From: Phoronis australis
Taxonomy: Eukaryota > Animalia > Phoronida
Assembly: GCA_002633005.1 (NCBI GenBank)
Contig: NMRA01000202.1
Span: 620,087 to 684,086 of the forward strand
Direction of reading: 5' to 3'
Length of the DNA stretch: 64,000 nt
In this document: positions 39,001 through 50,500 of the stretch, in pieces
Layout of the letters: each line of letters opens with the position of its first letter
Numbering within the stretch: position 1 is the stretch's first letter
Program-made: the position numbers and the translations under genes
Notes under the pieces: model-generated
What the model was told of the DNA's origin: nothing
What the model saw: only the letters and a program-made list of their open reading frames with translations
Databases searched by the model: none

Positions 39001-42000
39001 GTAAGTTGAAAGAGTGTGACGGATGAGCGCTCTGAATTTCTAAATTGTTTGTAGCGGCTAAGAGATTAATTCAGAATAATTCAAATTTCAGACTTATCCA
39101 CAAGCTCATGCATTTGGCAAAATATCTTCAAAACAATATACTTTCCAAGAGTACAAATTCTGTAAAATATGATTTTTGACTCTACACCAATCTGTAGTTG
39201 ATTAGGTCACGCGTCCATGCTATTTAGGAAAATCTAGTGAAAAAGAAAGCTCATTCATAGCAAAACAACATGATTAGTATATGATGCAATTCCATATAGA
39301 AATGTTGTAGCTAAATCTCAAAAACGCTGTTACAGTTTAGATAATTATTGTTCCGATTTTGATTTATGCAACTTCAAAATTTGTTTAATAAAAATCATAT
39401 ACCGTAAACGTTCGGGTTAAGGCCCATGCTCAGTTAACAGCCCACCCCCTACTTTAGGTGCATTTTCGATTTAACCGCCCACTGCTCGGTTAAGCGCCCC
39501 CCCTGCGATTTTTGAAGATTTCCAGTTAAGCGCCCACCTCTCGGTTAAGCGCCCATCCCCGACTTTTAAGGAATGAAGATTTAGCGCCCAGTGCTAAGGA
39601 AACGCGCGATTCCCCGACTTTTAGAAAAAGATCGATGATCACAATGAGCGCAACGACGCCGGGCCTCCGAGACGGTGGTTTAGCAATGTGAATTGCAATT
39701 ATACAAGTAACGAGTTATTGTCATGAGTCATGGACTCACTTCAAAATATAATACTTGAACGTTTTTGTCACTCTATTTTCTTCTCATGTTTGCAAAGTTT
39801 AAGACCGCCGCCGGCGTCAAAACCTCAGATTTCAGCGACTTTGTCTGCCGCGCTGAGTTTTCGTTTGCAGTGCACTTGATAAAACATAATATTCGAAAAA
39901 ATCAGGCCAGAGAAATGAGACAATGGTTAAAAGTATATAGTCACGCCCGTTTCTGTTACTTAGGACTGTCGCTATTCTCTTTTGGTGCACGCGCACAAGT
40001 TCCCACACTTTGGAGTGCATGTTACCTTGACACCAACATGTGATTGACAGGTGACTCGCACGTAGGCCCTACGCGCATGCTGAATCGCGCCGCTATCTTT
40101 GGTCGTAAAAAACGAGATGTATATTGAAAGAGGCCGTTATATTACTTGACGGCATTTCCAAGTCACGATTGTCAGCCAACTGAGACATTGCGCGCTAACA
40201 ACGGGACCGAACAGTGCCGCAGTGTGATATTGCAAGAGATATTTATAGGATAATCTGGACATCTTGCATGAAAAATAAATGTTTTTCCACCACGAAGTTT
40301 GGTAAGGTGATCATTTATGAATTGAAACATCGCTGTTTTGTAGCGTTTTATCACATATTTATGCCGTGGCTCGAAATTTTATTCTTGATTGACGAGTGGC
40401 ACACGGCCACTTAACCCCGATTCTTGTCTTGGGCCTACTTCTTTGCCGAGCATGTTTGGCGCAACGGCAAGTGAGCAATGCCGGGCAGTCGAGATAAAAC
40501 AGCAAGCCACAGAACCATACGCTGAAAATGTCATTGAGCCACGGAGTGTTGACAATAAACATCCCAAACACAAAAAAAACATCTGAATTAAGGTTTTCAA
40601 ACTTTTATTACAACCAGTTTTAATGAAAACTGCTCTATGACTATGAACTTGGCAGCTAGTACGAGACTGTAACCATAAATCTGATGTCTGCTGTGACCTC
40701 TGCAACACGTGAAGCTTACACGCGCGCACTTTAGCAAGATGAAATAGTTGCAATCCAAGTAGAGGCTGCGTGGTCACTGGTCGTCTGCGCTCTGCACTAC
40801 AGGGCTAAATAACAAGACCGCAGGACGGCACGGGGCTATTACTCAGCAATTCTGTAAATTTAATAGTGAATAACTAATCTGAGGGCATGATAACCTTTGT
40901 TAGGATCATCCCCTGTTATGACATTTTTCCCGTCACATGGCGACTTGACGGTAACGCTCTTTGAAAAGTGCTACGCGTTCCGAGTAGGCCTACGACTACG
41001 TGTGTGGTGTGGGTACTTAGATCACGAGGTAAGATTAACCGCCCAGGGCGCTTGCCTGTCGTAATAAGCGCCCATGTTCGGTTAACCGCCCACCCTGGAT
41101 TTTTTGAAGTTTCACGTTTAAGCGCCCATGTCTGGTTAACCGCCCACACCCGATTTTTTGGGTTTGCCAATTTAACCGCCCAGGGTGTTAACCCGAATGT
41201 TTACGGTGAGTTCTCATACAAAAGTGGAACATTTAAAAAAGTAACAATTCCTAAAAGTGTTTTTAGAGCAGTGCATAAAACAAAATATCTCTAAGTTTCA
41301 TTTGAATTCCATCAGCCAATTCAGAGATATGATCTTCCAAACTTGAAGTCCAAAAATGGACATTTTTCTGAGATCTTACATAACTTTAAAGATGTGAACA
41401 ACAAAGCCCTCACTTTTCTTCTAAGCATCTGACGCTGGCGCGTGATACTTGTAAATAGTAGCACGGGAAGATATCTGGTGAATTTTGTAAGATTTGTGTC
41501 CCGTGGGGTTTTTGTTCGTCAACAGGTGTGATTTCACAAAACTTCTTCAACATGGCACCCGGTGAAGGAAGCTTGAGTGAACAGCGACAGATTTTCATGG
41601 ATTATGGATATGTTCAAATTATGTAAACTAAATTGTCTCCAGAGTCATGGTGAGTGCTAATTATAACTCAATGCGTATAAATGCATGTTTCATTTGACGT
41701 TATTCACTGTGTTTTGAGAAGATTAACTTTTATATGGCGGTGTACTATCGCCTGTGTGTGCCCGCAGTTTTCAGTAAGCCTATATTTTCATTCAAAAGTT
41801 AAAACTAGATCGGCAGCACATCATCAGCACGATAACTATCGTTTGGTAGATAACCCATGACGATTTCCAACACCACCCTGTCGAGGTGATTCCTTTGACA
41901 GACTTCTCACCTCTTCTCAGCTCTTGCTGAATGCAGTAACTTGTCGTTATGGTTAAGGTCGAGGCATCCATGACTGAGGGCGCTGCAGGACAAGGGCCAG

Positions 42001-42216
42001 GCTCATTTTTACAGAAAATCTGAGAAACTGTTTCGTCCACTAAATCACGGGACCGTTATTGAGTGATTGTCTGATACTCTAAATCAGGGTCAATTATATC
42101 CCACCAGTACCAAGGAGAGCACGTAGCAACAACACTATAAAAAATCGCACCTGTGTTTTGGTCGTCAGTTGAATAACAGCTTTGCGAAAACTCAGCTTCG
42201 TGTCACTGTTCCCCAT
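21007..42216 (-). CDS. HID1: Protein HID1 (Golgi / dense-core vesicle biogenesis), complete gene with 20 coding exons
   Basis: The spliced translation runs from MGNSDTKLSFRKAVIQLTTKTQ (Gly2 myristoylation-type start) to RNVDPPVWYDTDVKLFEIQRV*, closely matching recalled vertebrate HID1. All junction phases agree. Confidence 0.96.
21188..21346 (-). CDS. HID1: HID1 exon 19
   Basis: GLTDESEILKFLQHGTLVGLLPVPHPILIRKYQAN...WFRTYMWGVIYL. Confidence 0.95.
21917..22008 (-). CDS. HID1: HID1 exon 18
   Basis: VQSWKQKLPLQTIMRLLQVLVPQVEKICID. Confidence 0.95.
22475..22588 (-). CDS. HID1: HID1 exon 17
   Basis: PTTPSNPNLPRP...FVPTTEW|gtgagt. Confidence 0.86.
23519..23958 (-). CDS. HID1: HID1 exon 16 (long low-complexity variable loop)
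   Basis: ttgtag|GTCTG to AGTGAG|gtgagc; 440 nt open, and phase 1-0 bridges exons 15 and 17. Ser/Glu/Gly/Thr-rich. Confidence 0.8.
26060..26463. mobile_element. MITE with 17-bp TIR
   Basis: TAGAGACTCTGGTTTTC ... GAAAACCAAAGTCTCTA (1 mismatch); no TSD recognised. Confidence 0.6.
27192..27416 (-). CDS. HID1: HID1 exon 15
   Basis: GNANLVYTIIRKRNVFHQL...AEPGTLKASLAATP. Confidence 0.93.
28068..28232 (-). CDS. HID1: HID1 exon 14
   Basis: SPYLKTLSMVASTKLLHLLEAFSTPWF...NNIIQYQFD. Confidence 0.95.
28744..28822 (-). CDS. HID1: HID1 exon 13
   Basis: VFHKIITTGHQRLQPLFDCLLTIVVN. Confidence 0.94.
28907..29475. mobile_element. PIF/Harbinger-like MITE with TTA target duplication
   Basis: tta|GGGCTGTTCCATCAAAATCTGTGTGGGAGGGG ... 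CCCCTCCCATACAGATTTTATTGGAACAGCCC|tta; a second right end lies at 29543-29585, after an N. Confidence 0.8.
30529..31060 (-). mobile_element. Family A copy, reversed
   Basis: ttaa|GGTTAGGTAG...tccaatttcggccaact...gaaactttcagac...gcaaggtcacatgacc. Confidence 0.65.
31091..31242 (-). CDS. HID1: HID1 exon 12
   Basis: SRVGLMHIGVFILLLLSGERNFGVRLNKPY...GTHADLLII. Confidence 0.95.
31719..31809 (-). CDS. HID1: HID1 exon 11
   Basis: KFMFYVLKSSDVLDILVPILFHLNDARADQ. Confidence 0.94.
31911..32095 (-). repeat. Tandem repeat of about 57 bp containing the HID1 exon 10 end and donor
   Basis: ctaccttgttaat at 31911, 31968 and 32083, with a degenerate copy at 32026. Confidence 0.88.
32087..32227 (-). CDS. HID1: HID1 exon 10
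   Basis: DFHFILSGITRLLNNPLIQTYLPGSTKKIQFYQELLVLFWKMCDINK. Confidence 0.94.
32485..32541 (-). CDS. HID1: HID1 exon 9
   Basis: VVGPDNLFANYLSRIHREE. Confidence 0.92.
33140..33359 (-). CDS. HID1: HID1 exon 8
   Basis: RHALPLFTSLLNIVCAYDPVGYGVPYNHL. Confidence 0.94.
33927..33984 (-). CDS. HID1: HID1 exon 7
   Basis: DAHVQPNQWINYFTSTEN, 58 nt, phase 1-2. Confidence 0.9.
34533..34603 (-). pseudogene. tRNA-like sequence (tRNA pseudogene or SINE head)
   Basis: A box TAGCTCAGTGGGTAGAGC, stem TCTGC/GCAGA with loop ACGGTTA, degenerate B box GGTTTGAGTCC. It lacks U33 and the TTC of the T loop. Confidence 0.65.
35128..35296 (-). CDS. HID1: HID1 exon 6
   Basis: SIDSCEYIWEAGVGFAHSP...LLTCFSE-type block (here LVLTCFSETMY). 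Confidence 0.94.
35438..35491 (-). CDS. HID1: HID1 exon 5
   Basis: DLLFCPDFTVSSNKKSGP, 54 nt. Confidence 0.92.
35717..35761 (-). CDS. HID1: HID1 exon 4
   Basis: NDSPPLAQTLINSLC, 45 nt, bounded by ag and gtaagt. Confidence 0.88.
37410..37519 (-). CDS. HID1: HID1 exon 3
   Basis: VLNCVRLLTRILPYIFEDPDWRGFFWSTLPG. Confidence 0.94.
38307..38520 (-). CDS. HID1: HID1 exon 2
   Basis: PVEAADECFWNQFW...EESPSNLATLCYKAVEKLV. Confidence 0.94.
39402..41206. mobile_element. 1.8-kb non-autonomous Tc1/mariner-type (pogo/Tc2-like) element nested in a family A copy
   Basis: ta|CCGTAAACGTTCGGGTTAA ... TTAACCCGAATGTTTACGG|tg; arrays of TTAAGCGCCCA / TTAACCGCCCA near both ends; family A sequence lies on both sides (about 39150-39400 and 41210-41390). 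Confidence 0.8.
42151..42216 (-). CDS. HID1: HID1 coding exon 1
   Basis: ATG...ACACAG|gtgcga, 66 nt. Confidence 0.93.
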
Positions 42217-42254
42217 TTTGCATTATCATTTCGCACCAACTGAAACACTGCTAA

Positions 42255-42610
42255 TTGATTGGATGATATGTCTGCTCTGTCATCTACCGGAGGACAGAGG
42301 AACCAATAGAGCGAAAAAGAGGGTGAGAGAGCGAGCGGGGAGGGACGGGAGGAAGGGAGGAAGCGAGGGACGGGAGGAAGGGAGGAAGCGAGGGACGGGA
42401 GGAACGGAGAGACACGAGGGAGAATGAGAAAGAGGAAGCCGGAATGGAGGGGACGAGCGAGGTAGAGAGAAGGAGGAAGGGGGGTAGGGCAGGAACAGAG
42501 GGAGGGGGTATGTATTGCAACAGTGGGAAGGGAAAGTGGGAGGGAAGGGGAGACGAGTGAGAAAGTAAGAGACCAGCATAGGGAGCTAGGGTCGGGGAGG
42601 GGGAAGGCCC
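42255..42610. promoter_or_regulatory. HID1 upstream region: CCAAT motifs and a roughly 300-bp polypurine GGGA/GGAA tract
   Basis: ATTGG near 42258 and CCAAT at 42303, then a near-pure purine run with a repeated GGGACGGGAGGAAGGGAGGAAGCGA unit. Confidence 0.5.
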
Positions 42611-45600
42611 GAACAGTTTTACTTGCATTGAAGCCACCGAAATTCCAGTTTAATTGGGAAAAAATCAAAGGTTTATGACCGCTCAAGAAAGTCTCCTTTG
42701 CATAAATGAATAAGTACAATTATGGACATTCGGTAGACTCAGGAGTCGACGCTTCGACCTTCGGGATTAGTGGGTCTTCGGAATTTGGAATGGACATTAA
42801 AGACCCGTAGAACAATATGGAATTTTAAACAAAATCATGAATCAATTGGTTGATTTGGTCGATTGTCAGAAAAGAAACACAGCACAATGAAGCCGGTAAG
42901 AGTGAAAAGAATAAAGAAAATGTGAAATAATAATTCCGTTCCGTAAAATGCCAGCGTGAATCAACAAACTCATGAAACGCAATAAGTTATCAAAGTAACG
43001 CGAAACTCGTGAAATGAGACAAAAAATGAAACTGAAAATGTGAAAATATCTTTAAATATAATTACACATATTTTTCACCTTTATCATAATCCCGTAACAA
43101 GCGAAACCGCCTAATGAAGCTATAAATAATAAATGGACAAACCCGGCCATGAATGCAACGAAGGAGTCACTTAAATTAATGAATTCGTAAACGAGCAATT
43201 AATCAAACCACAAATTTTAACAAGTTCATGATACCACAAAATGTCATAAATCACTAAACGCGTAAAAATGCAACGAATGAACAAACCCGTAGAAAGCGAC
43301 AAAGAAATCAAATGGTAAAATGAACCCGTGATATGAGAGGAATAATTGAACAAAGAAAGAAATCAGAATATGCGTCGATTAATAATGAATATATAAAATG
43401 CGATGAATTAATCAATGCAGTCAAAAATTGTCCCGAAATTAACGAAACATGAACATTCATGCGAGTGTCTATTGAGCGAAGAACAGACAATGCCGTATAA
43501 TACATATTATCAGATATTTTGTATATATAGAGTTGGTGAAAAACCTGAATTTAATGAGGCATTATCGGTTTTAATGCCCAAAAACGTACTTTGGATGGTT
43601 GTTGGATAAGTAAATTTATTATAGTCATTTGGTTTAATCTGAGCTATATAACAACAAAATCAGTTGTGTTTCTGTGATTTTACTACAAATTGCCACTTTT
43701 CACCGTAACGGTTGTCTGTCATTCTTTCACTGAAATTATGGTCAGTAAGTTTACTAATTCAATAGGCTTTTAAGTGTTTTAATAAACAGCAGAGCGCGCG
43801 TGACAGCGACCTCGTGACTTGCAGGTTCGAATACGCGTCGGCTGATTTCAGAAATATAACCTTTATCGCCAAAAATTGTCCATCAAAAGCATTCACCGAA
43901 ATAAGAGCCATTTTCCGTAGCATGCACCTATGTGAACTCATTATAAGTTTTTTTGAAATTTAGAAAGTGTTTTTCCAAGAATGTGGCAATAGATGACAAT
44001 GACTTGAAGTATCCGACTACCCTTGTGCACTCAAAATTTAGCAAAGAGGCCTCTATGAAGGAGACAATGACCTTTTTAGTATTTTGTCATAGGTCATCAA
44101 GCGACTATTTTTATTATTTTCGAGTTTTTGGCAACAGTCACTCCATCCGCCAACTTCATCCGCCAAATCTCTCAAAAATAGTTAGAAAAATTGACCGACG
44201 TTTTCCTAATGACAAAGACACGACAGATGATGGTTTCAAAAGGGTGCAACTGTTGCAGCGACACCGGGCGGATTTTCGGGAAATTTGGCAAATAGGCTAG
44301 TTCTATTAGAAAGACGGCGACGCATCCCAAATTTCAGGATTCGACGTTATTTTATGTCACCTAGTGCACATTTTATGATACTTATAAACACCCTTGGGAC
44401 TGCATCCCGTTTATAAAGCAGTCATTCCACGCTAATTGGCATCCTCTATTGAAGCAGTAAATGAAGTATCTTTGACTGTGTGACGTGAACGGCTGACGAC
44501 CCGGGGAGTGGAACAACTGGTTATTACCATGGGGCTGAGGAAACTCCATCCTCATAATCTCGATTTCGCACCTGCCCTTTGGCTAAAGGCATGAACATAC
44601 AATGTCAGCAGGTTGGCGCAATTCTATCTCTGTCAGCGTACATATCCCGTCCTTCACTGGCATGTGTTTATTTAACAAAATATGCCCCGGCCTTACCTAG
44701 TTTTTATAACAACACAATACTCTTTGACGCTCCCTTTGAAATGATTTGAAGAATGTGTTTATGAAACGTAGGTGTGTCTGACGTCACGTTGGTGTGTTGT
44801 GCGGACAAGATACTGCTTCAGGCCTATTTATCTCTATTCACAAACAGCGAATCAGTGAAATTTTTAACAAGGGTCACTCGATGAAATTCAACGCCAACGT
44901 TTAAAAGCTTATTTACCTATTATAATTAAGCCGCTGTATACCACTTCATAGACATCGACAATTTTTTTCACAGGCGCAGTGCCGTTCGAAAGCAATATCA
45001 TGACGTTCTTATTCTTTGTTTGAATTGAAATTGGTTACAATGACTGGACGGCAATATTCATATTAAACAGAGAAAATTATTATAATGATGATTTAGGGCA
45101 ATCTGACATCTTAGACAACAACGGTAACGAAATATGAAGAAACGAAAATAATGCCTTGACGACCGAAGCTAGGATACAACATTCTGAATCCTAGCCCGCA
45201 TCGATTAGCAACTTATGGGCTTTAGCCTGAAGTTTGAACGACAACCCGTCGGTTATTCTTAAGTCCAGAAATGTTTTCTAATCTGAGTGAGGAGCAAGAT
45301 CATACTGATTTTATTGCAGTTAGTGGCCTAAACCAAAAGTAAGTTTTTGACAGGAGGTGCGTGTTTATTTCTCTTACACTTTCTTACCGGTTACTGTTTG
45401 AAATATCTACATCATATCTCGCTAAATCAACATTAAAACAATTTTCATAAAAGTTCGAGGTCGTAATCTTTGAAAATTAGTCACAATATTTATATTTGTT
45501 CTTGTTCCACAAAAAACACGTCAGTTTCTGAAAGTGTAAAAAATGTCTTGCGCCTCAAATATAAGAGATGTTTCCATTTGCTCGTAAAGCGTAATATATG

Positions 45601-47481
45601 ACCCTCTCTGCATTTATTTGAAACGGAGTGTTTAGCGATTGAATGCCGGCGCAACATTAAGTGGGATTCTGTTTTCACATGATGACGTCAGTGAAGACCG
45701 AGTTTCCCAATTGGAACGGCGAAATACACATTAAAAAGCAAATTTAACAAATTAAGCGTCAAGATGGCAATTGTCTACTCTCCGTCTTCGGTAAGTTACA
45801 ATAAGCTTGTGCTCTCCTAACAGATAGCCGTCAACTACATGTAGCAACCCGTGTTCTCACAGCGTCACCCACGCAACATGTGCTTTCTGTACCCCGACCC
45901 CTCGAACTGTTTGAGTGCCACAACGCTCCACCTGCGTGAACAAGGAAAATTTCACCTGTTGACTTGTGTTTGAAAACACGTCACATTATTTTTAAATGAA
46001 AATGCACCATTTTATATATTTGTGCGTATTGAAGGATAAAAACGCACTGGTTATCGGAATGTCACCAAGCATCACACCATACACAATTATGGAAACAATC
46101 CTCGTCATCTGTACTTGCCAATACTAGCCTACAAACTATAACTACAGGTATTTAATCATGCACTACGAGTAGTTGTCCTTTGTGCTCAGACACACTTCTC
46201 AGGCTTCTGAGAGGTTTTACGGGTACGTCCTTTCAACAAACGAGTTTTGCAAACAAGCTCCCTGCGGCACCGACGAAACACAATCGCTGTGCATTATGAT
46301 GATACGGTAATTCTACGATTAGAAGTAGGCAGGACACCTAAGGAAACGATTAGAAACGATTAGCATAACTTTCTTCGAAAACTGAAACTCGGTGCACAAT
46401 AGCCATCTCCTGTGCCGTACGCTTAATTGGTTTGTTCTGCACAGGCACTGAGTGGCGTCCATGCATCTCATGGCGTAGCCAGCGCTGATGCTCTGTTGTA
46501 CATGTACGTGTTGGCACGATGCAAGATCCAAAGTTCGAAATCTGTACAAAAATCAAAGTTTGAATGAAATCAGTTCGGAGTTAAATTATTATTTATTGAT
46601 GGCAAAACAAAAAAATAAAAACAAAGAACTTAACAAAGGAGATTTCTTGAAAGAAATGTCACGGTTTTGTCCAAGGCATCGTAAGTCAGTAGCAGCGAGA
46701 AAAAAAATTATTGAGTGGATGAAATTGAACACAATTCAAAATAACTCCTTGGCATCCAAATTAATTTATGACTAAAGATGACACATGATCAGTCTCGCGT
46801 TTGACCGTTTTTTTTTTTTTTGTTAGGTCCCAGTTGATCATTGGCTCGGGTTGTTCCTAATGACAAAAAATGGCGGGAGTTTTGAGTGAGAGTGCGAAAA
46901 GACTGCATCATAGATATCATAATACTATACAGATGTCTATGGACATCACGGTCGTGTCATCATCCACATTTGCATACAATGGCTGCTGCCAAAGTAATAG
47001 GTTAATATGCAATGTGTGTAACATGAACAAAATGTATGACTTTCATATGACCCTGCTGACTGGCCGTGTTCCCAAATAGTGAATAAAAAGAGTAGAAATT
47101 CTTTACAGTCCCTTGCGCGTCGTAGGATCACGTCATCCAAGTATTGTTTGTTGACTATAGGAGACTTTTTTTCGTCAGGTCACAGCTACACCCAAGAACT
47201 GAATAGAGGTTATTGTGTACCTGCTCAAGCTGTCAACAGGTGAGGTGAACAAAAGATGTGACCCGTGAACTGAGACGAGATCTTGTATTGGTTGTTAAAA
47301 CGTGTGTTTGATAAGCACTGCACTTACGTCGCTGATTTCTATACTACTTGGTCATTTGTAAATAACGCAAAGGACACCTAAGTACTACGAATTTGCTTGG
47401 TGACACTTTCATTTCGACATACGGGTAGTACTGACGACTCACAGAAACGAACCGATTACAGTTGACACGGGATTATACTGA

Positions 47482-47574
47482 ATGGCCATGAGGCTACGAG
47501 CGCTGTTGGTGATTTTGCTGTTCCTGGCGATAGCATGTGAAGCGCACAGAAGACGACGTCGGAGACACAGGCGG
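47482..47574 (+). CDS. CTL-LDLa-CUB gene exon 1 (signal peptide + poly-Arg)
   Basis: ATG...HRRRRRRHRR|gtaaga, phase 0. Confidence 0.78.
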
Positions 47575-50500
47575 GTAAGAAACATGCTCCATTTACTGGG
47601 ATCTTTCCGAGCTATGAGTTGTGTTTTGTAGTACAGTTTGAAAAGTTCCCATATTGGACCCGTTTGCTTGGCACGGCGACATGTCGTGAGGGCAAGGTAT
47701 CGAGCAGTAACACTAAATTGTTCATTCTTGAGGCCTTGAAAATCACCTTCACTTTGCCAAGGAACAATTCATAGTGCGCCCCCGATACCCTCACTCGTAA
47801 AGTTAGGGGGCAACCCTCGCCCCTGAAGTACGTAAAAAGCGGGGATGGGAGGTTATGTTCCTACCAAACCCCCATGCCCTCAATAATTCCCAAATGTGAG
47901 AATTGAAACCCTTCGTAGCGACCGGAACGGGGGCACGGCGATGAGTAGGGGCACTGAGTCGAGAAGAAACGCACAGATAAGCAAATGTGTAGGGCGAATT
48001 TTAGCTTTAACGAGGCTGTAAATGGCCCGGGAACCGTCGACATCTGGTCGATTGAACCGGGCCGAGCACATTTACACCATTGACAGTTTCATCATAATTG
48101 ACATAATTCGGCGTCCAGGCACAAACTTTGAGGTTTAACTCATGTTGAACGAATCGATAACGGGCAATGACGCACGCACACACAAAACAAAAATATGACC
48201 TCCTTCCAAATCCGGATTCAATAATACGAGAAAGCAAACAAGTCACACCGCAAGTTGGTTGAACTTCGAAGTTGTGAAGAGGCTGGCTTGCACTACCTGA
48301 CCGGTCGTCTTTGCGTTTCCTCCAAGCTGTTTCCATAGTGACGCAAAAGTGATAATGTTGTGATAAGCATTGGAACATGCCGAGTTTTGAAAATCTTTCT
48401 GTTTGTTTATCTATTAGAATGCTTGTTTTCCATGTTCTATAAAAGTGAAAATCTCGGAAAACCTCTACAGTAGGAGTCAAAAGTTTTTCCAACCCGTCAT
48501 TTACTTATGTTAGAATAGAAAATGCAATAGCCTTTATCTTTTGCGAATTGTAGTAGTGTATGAGAATTGGTACACAAGAGTTACGTGTAATTTGAAAATA
48601 TCAGTATTAACAAATTACGTCGACTGTCAATACATGGCTTCCATACGTGTCACTATTTGTTGTGCATACCTAGACATACAAATATGCCCTCAGTTCGAAC
48701 CTATATAAAACGTCCAAATCGAATAAGCAACAACACACATCGAAGTTTTTCCTCATTGCGTTCATCCCGTTTTACAACGCACTCATGTTCTCGTTTGTAT
48801 CATATCTTTAAACCTTGCTGTGTCACAAAAAACTGGCTTTTGTGAGAACCCGGAGTCTAGTCTATAGTCTTTTTTTTCAAGCGATTCACCCCACGAATCA
48901 ATTGAAGATGAATACCTCACTATCGTATGAAAGGACTACGTAACAATACATGAGGGTTCGTGGAGTGAAAATAAAAAGGAGCGGGTGCCGAGGGATCTCA
49001 CTGAAAAAAATCCCATTAACAACTCAGGAAGTTATCGTTCGTGAGAAGAAATCAACAGGGCCGGCGGATATATATGTGGAGTGCCATTTCTTTTTCATCT
49101 CCTGTAAGTTTTATGATTAAATGAACGACTTAAAATTTTTCAAAAAAATCCGTAACTTTGGCAATCCACAAATTTCTCTTAGATACGAGTCGTATGGCTG
49201 AGCCTCTCGAATCCGCACTAGGTTAGATATCTCATACACGGTTACGACTTCGATGAAAATGTGGTTCACACGCCAAATTCATTGCGGAAAATGTATACTA
49301 CCACGCATTAGCTGGTGAAAGTCCTCGCGATGAGGACGCAACGTCGTTCAATTGAAATGTAAGTCTAGTATTAGGTTTCAATTGTTTTTTCTATTATAAA
49401 TCCAGATAACAAATCAGGAACACACATTCTGGGGAAAGGGACTGTGATGTAATGGCAATATATTTAGTCGAGGAATGATGGATTTCTGAATGCCAAGACT
49501 GTGGCAGTTTGTTCATATTTGAAGTGTGAAGGAGAACTTGCTGTGTCCAGTTTGTTGCACCATCAAGCCTTCTAGATTTTTTTCCTGCCAAATTACTTTT
49601 TAACGGGATAACATTAGAATGTAAAAATGAAGCCCACATTGAATAAGAGCAGCAAATGCAGAGGGTCTAGGACATTATATCTGGGTTGGAGATATTACAT
49701 TCGGTATCAGTTGGTGAATATTACATGTAGACCTCCAGTCCATAAATATAGAAAAGAAATAAAACATAATACTGGACTTACATTTCAACTGAGCGACGTT
49801 GCGTTCTCATCGCGAGGACTTTCACTAGCTAGTGCCGTGGTGGCGTTTGGTTGATGGACGTGATCGGCCTAGGCGGATTAAGATCCCAACTTTCCAAGAC
49901 ATCGCGCGCTGCGTTTCATTCCACGTCGATACGTCATCATCCGAACACCACCACGGCATTAGCTAGTGAAAGTACTCACGATGAGGACGCAACGTTGCTC
50001 AGTTGAAATGAAGGTCCAGCATTTAAGTTCTTTTCGTGTATTACAGTCGGTAGCTTATGCAAATAACATAAAGTCAAATATAAGCCACGCTCTATAACAA
50101 ACGAAATGTACTGATGAAATGAAGAATTGATGAGAGGATTATTATGTATAAATAAAATGCCAAGAATTAATGGCAATTAGAATTATTTTTCTCAAGCAAC
50201 AAGAGAGAAGTTACTGACATTGATAAACATTAATTCGTCATGATACAGCTTAAGATAAAGACTGCCATTTTATCGGTAACAGTGGAATATAAAAGAATGA
50301 GACGTGCGTGCGTACAATTCAATTTTTATGGACTGCCTGAAAGGACAAGCTCCATTCAATTTCAGTGACTCGACGATCGAGAAGTGGCCCCATACGGCTG
50401 GTGGTCATCATATTTGAAAATGGGGGAAATATTGTTAAAACTGTATCTAAATTTGCCAGTGTTTGTGAGACTACATCTTAACCCGAACAATGTTATTTCC

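Noticed and set aside
39765-41294. Transposase ORF inside the 1.8-kb TIR element
   Set aside because: Only short ORFs with no recognisable DDE/DDD or HTH motif.
42182-42719. Several overlapping Pro/Ser/Leu- or Arg/Gly-rich ORFs
   Set aside because: They arise from the low-complexity purine tract, which has few stop codons.
45670-45730. Hammerhead-like GTGAAGA-stem-CGAAA
   Set aside because: Lacks the conserved C3, stem II is irregular, and I could not find stems I and III.
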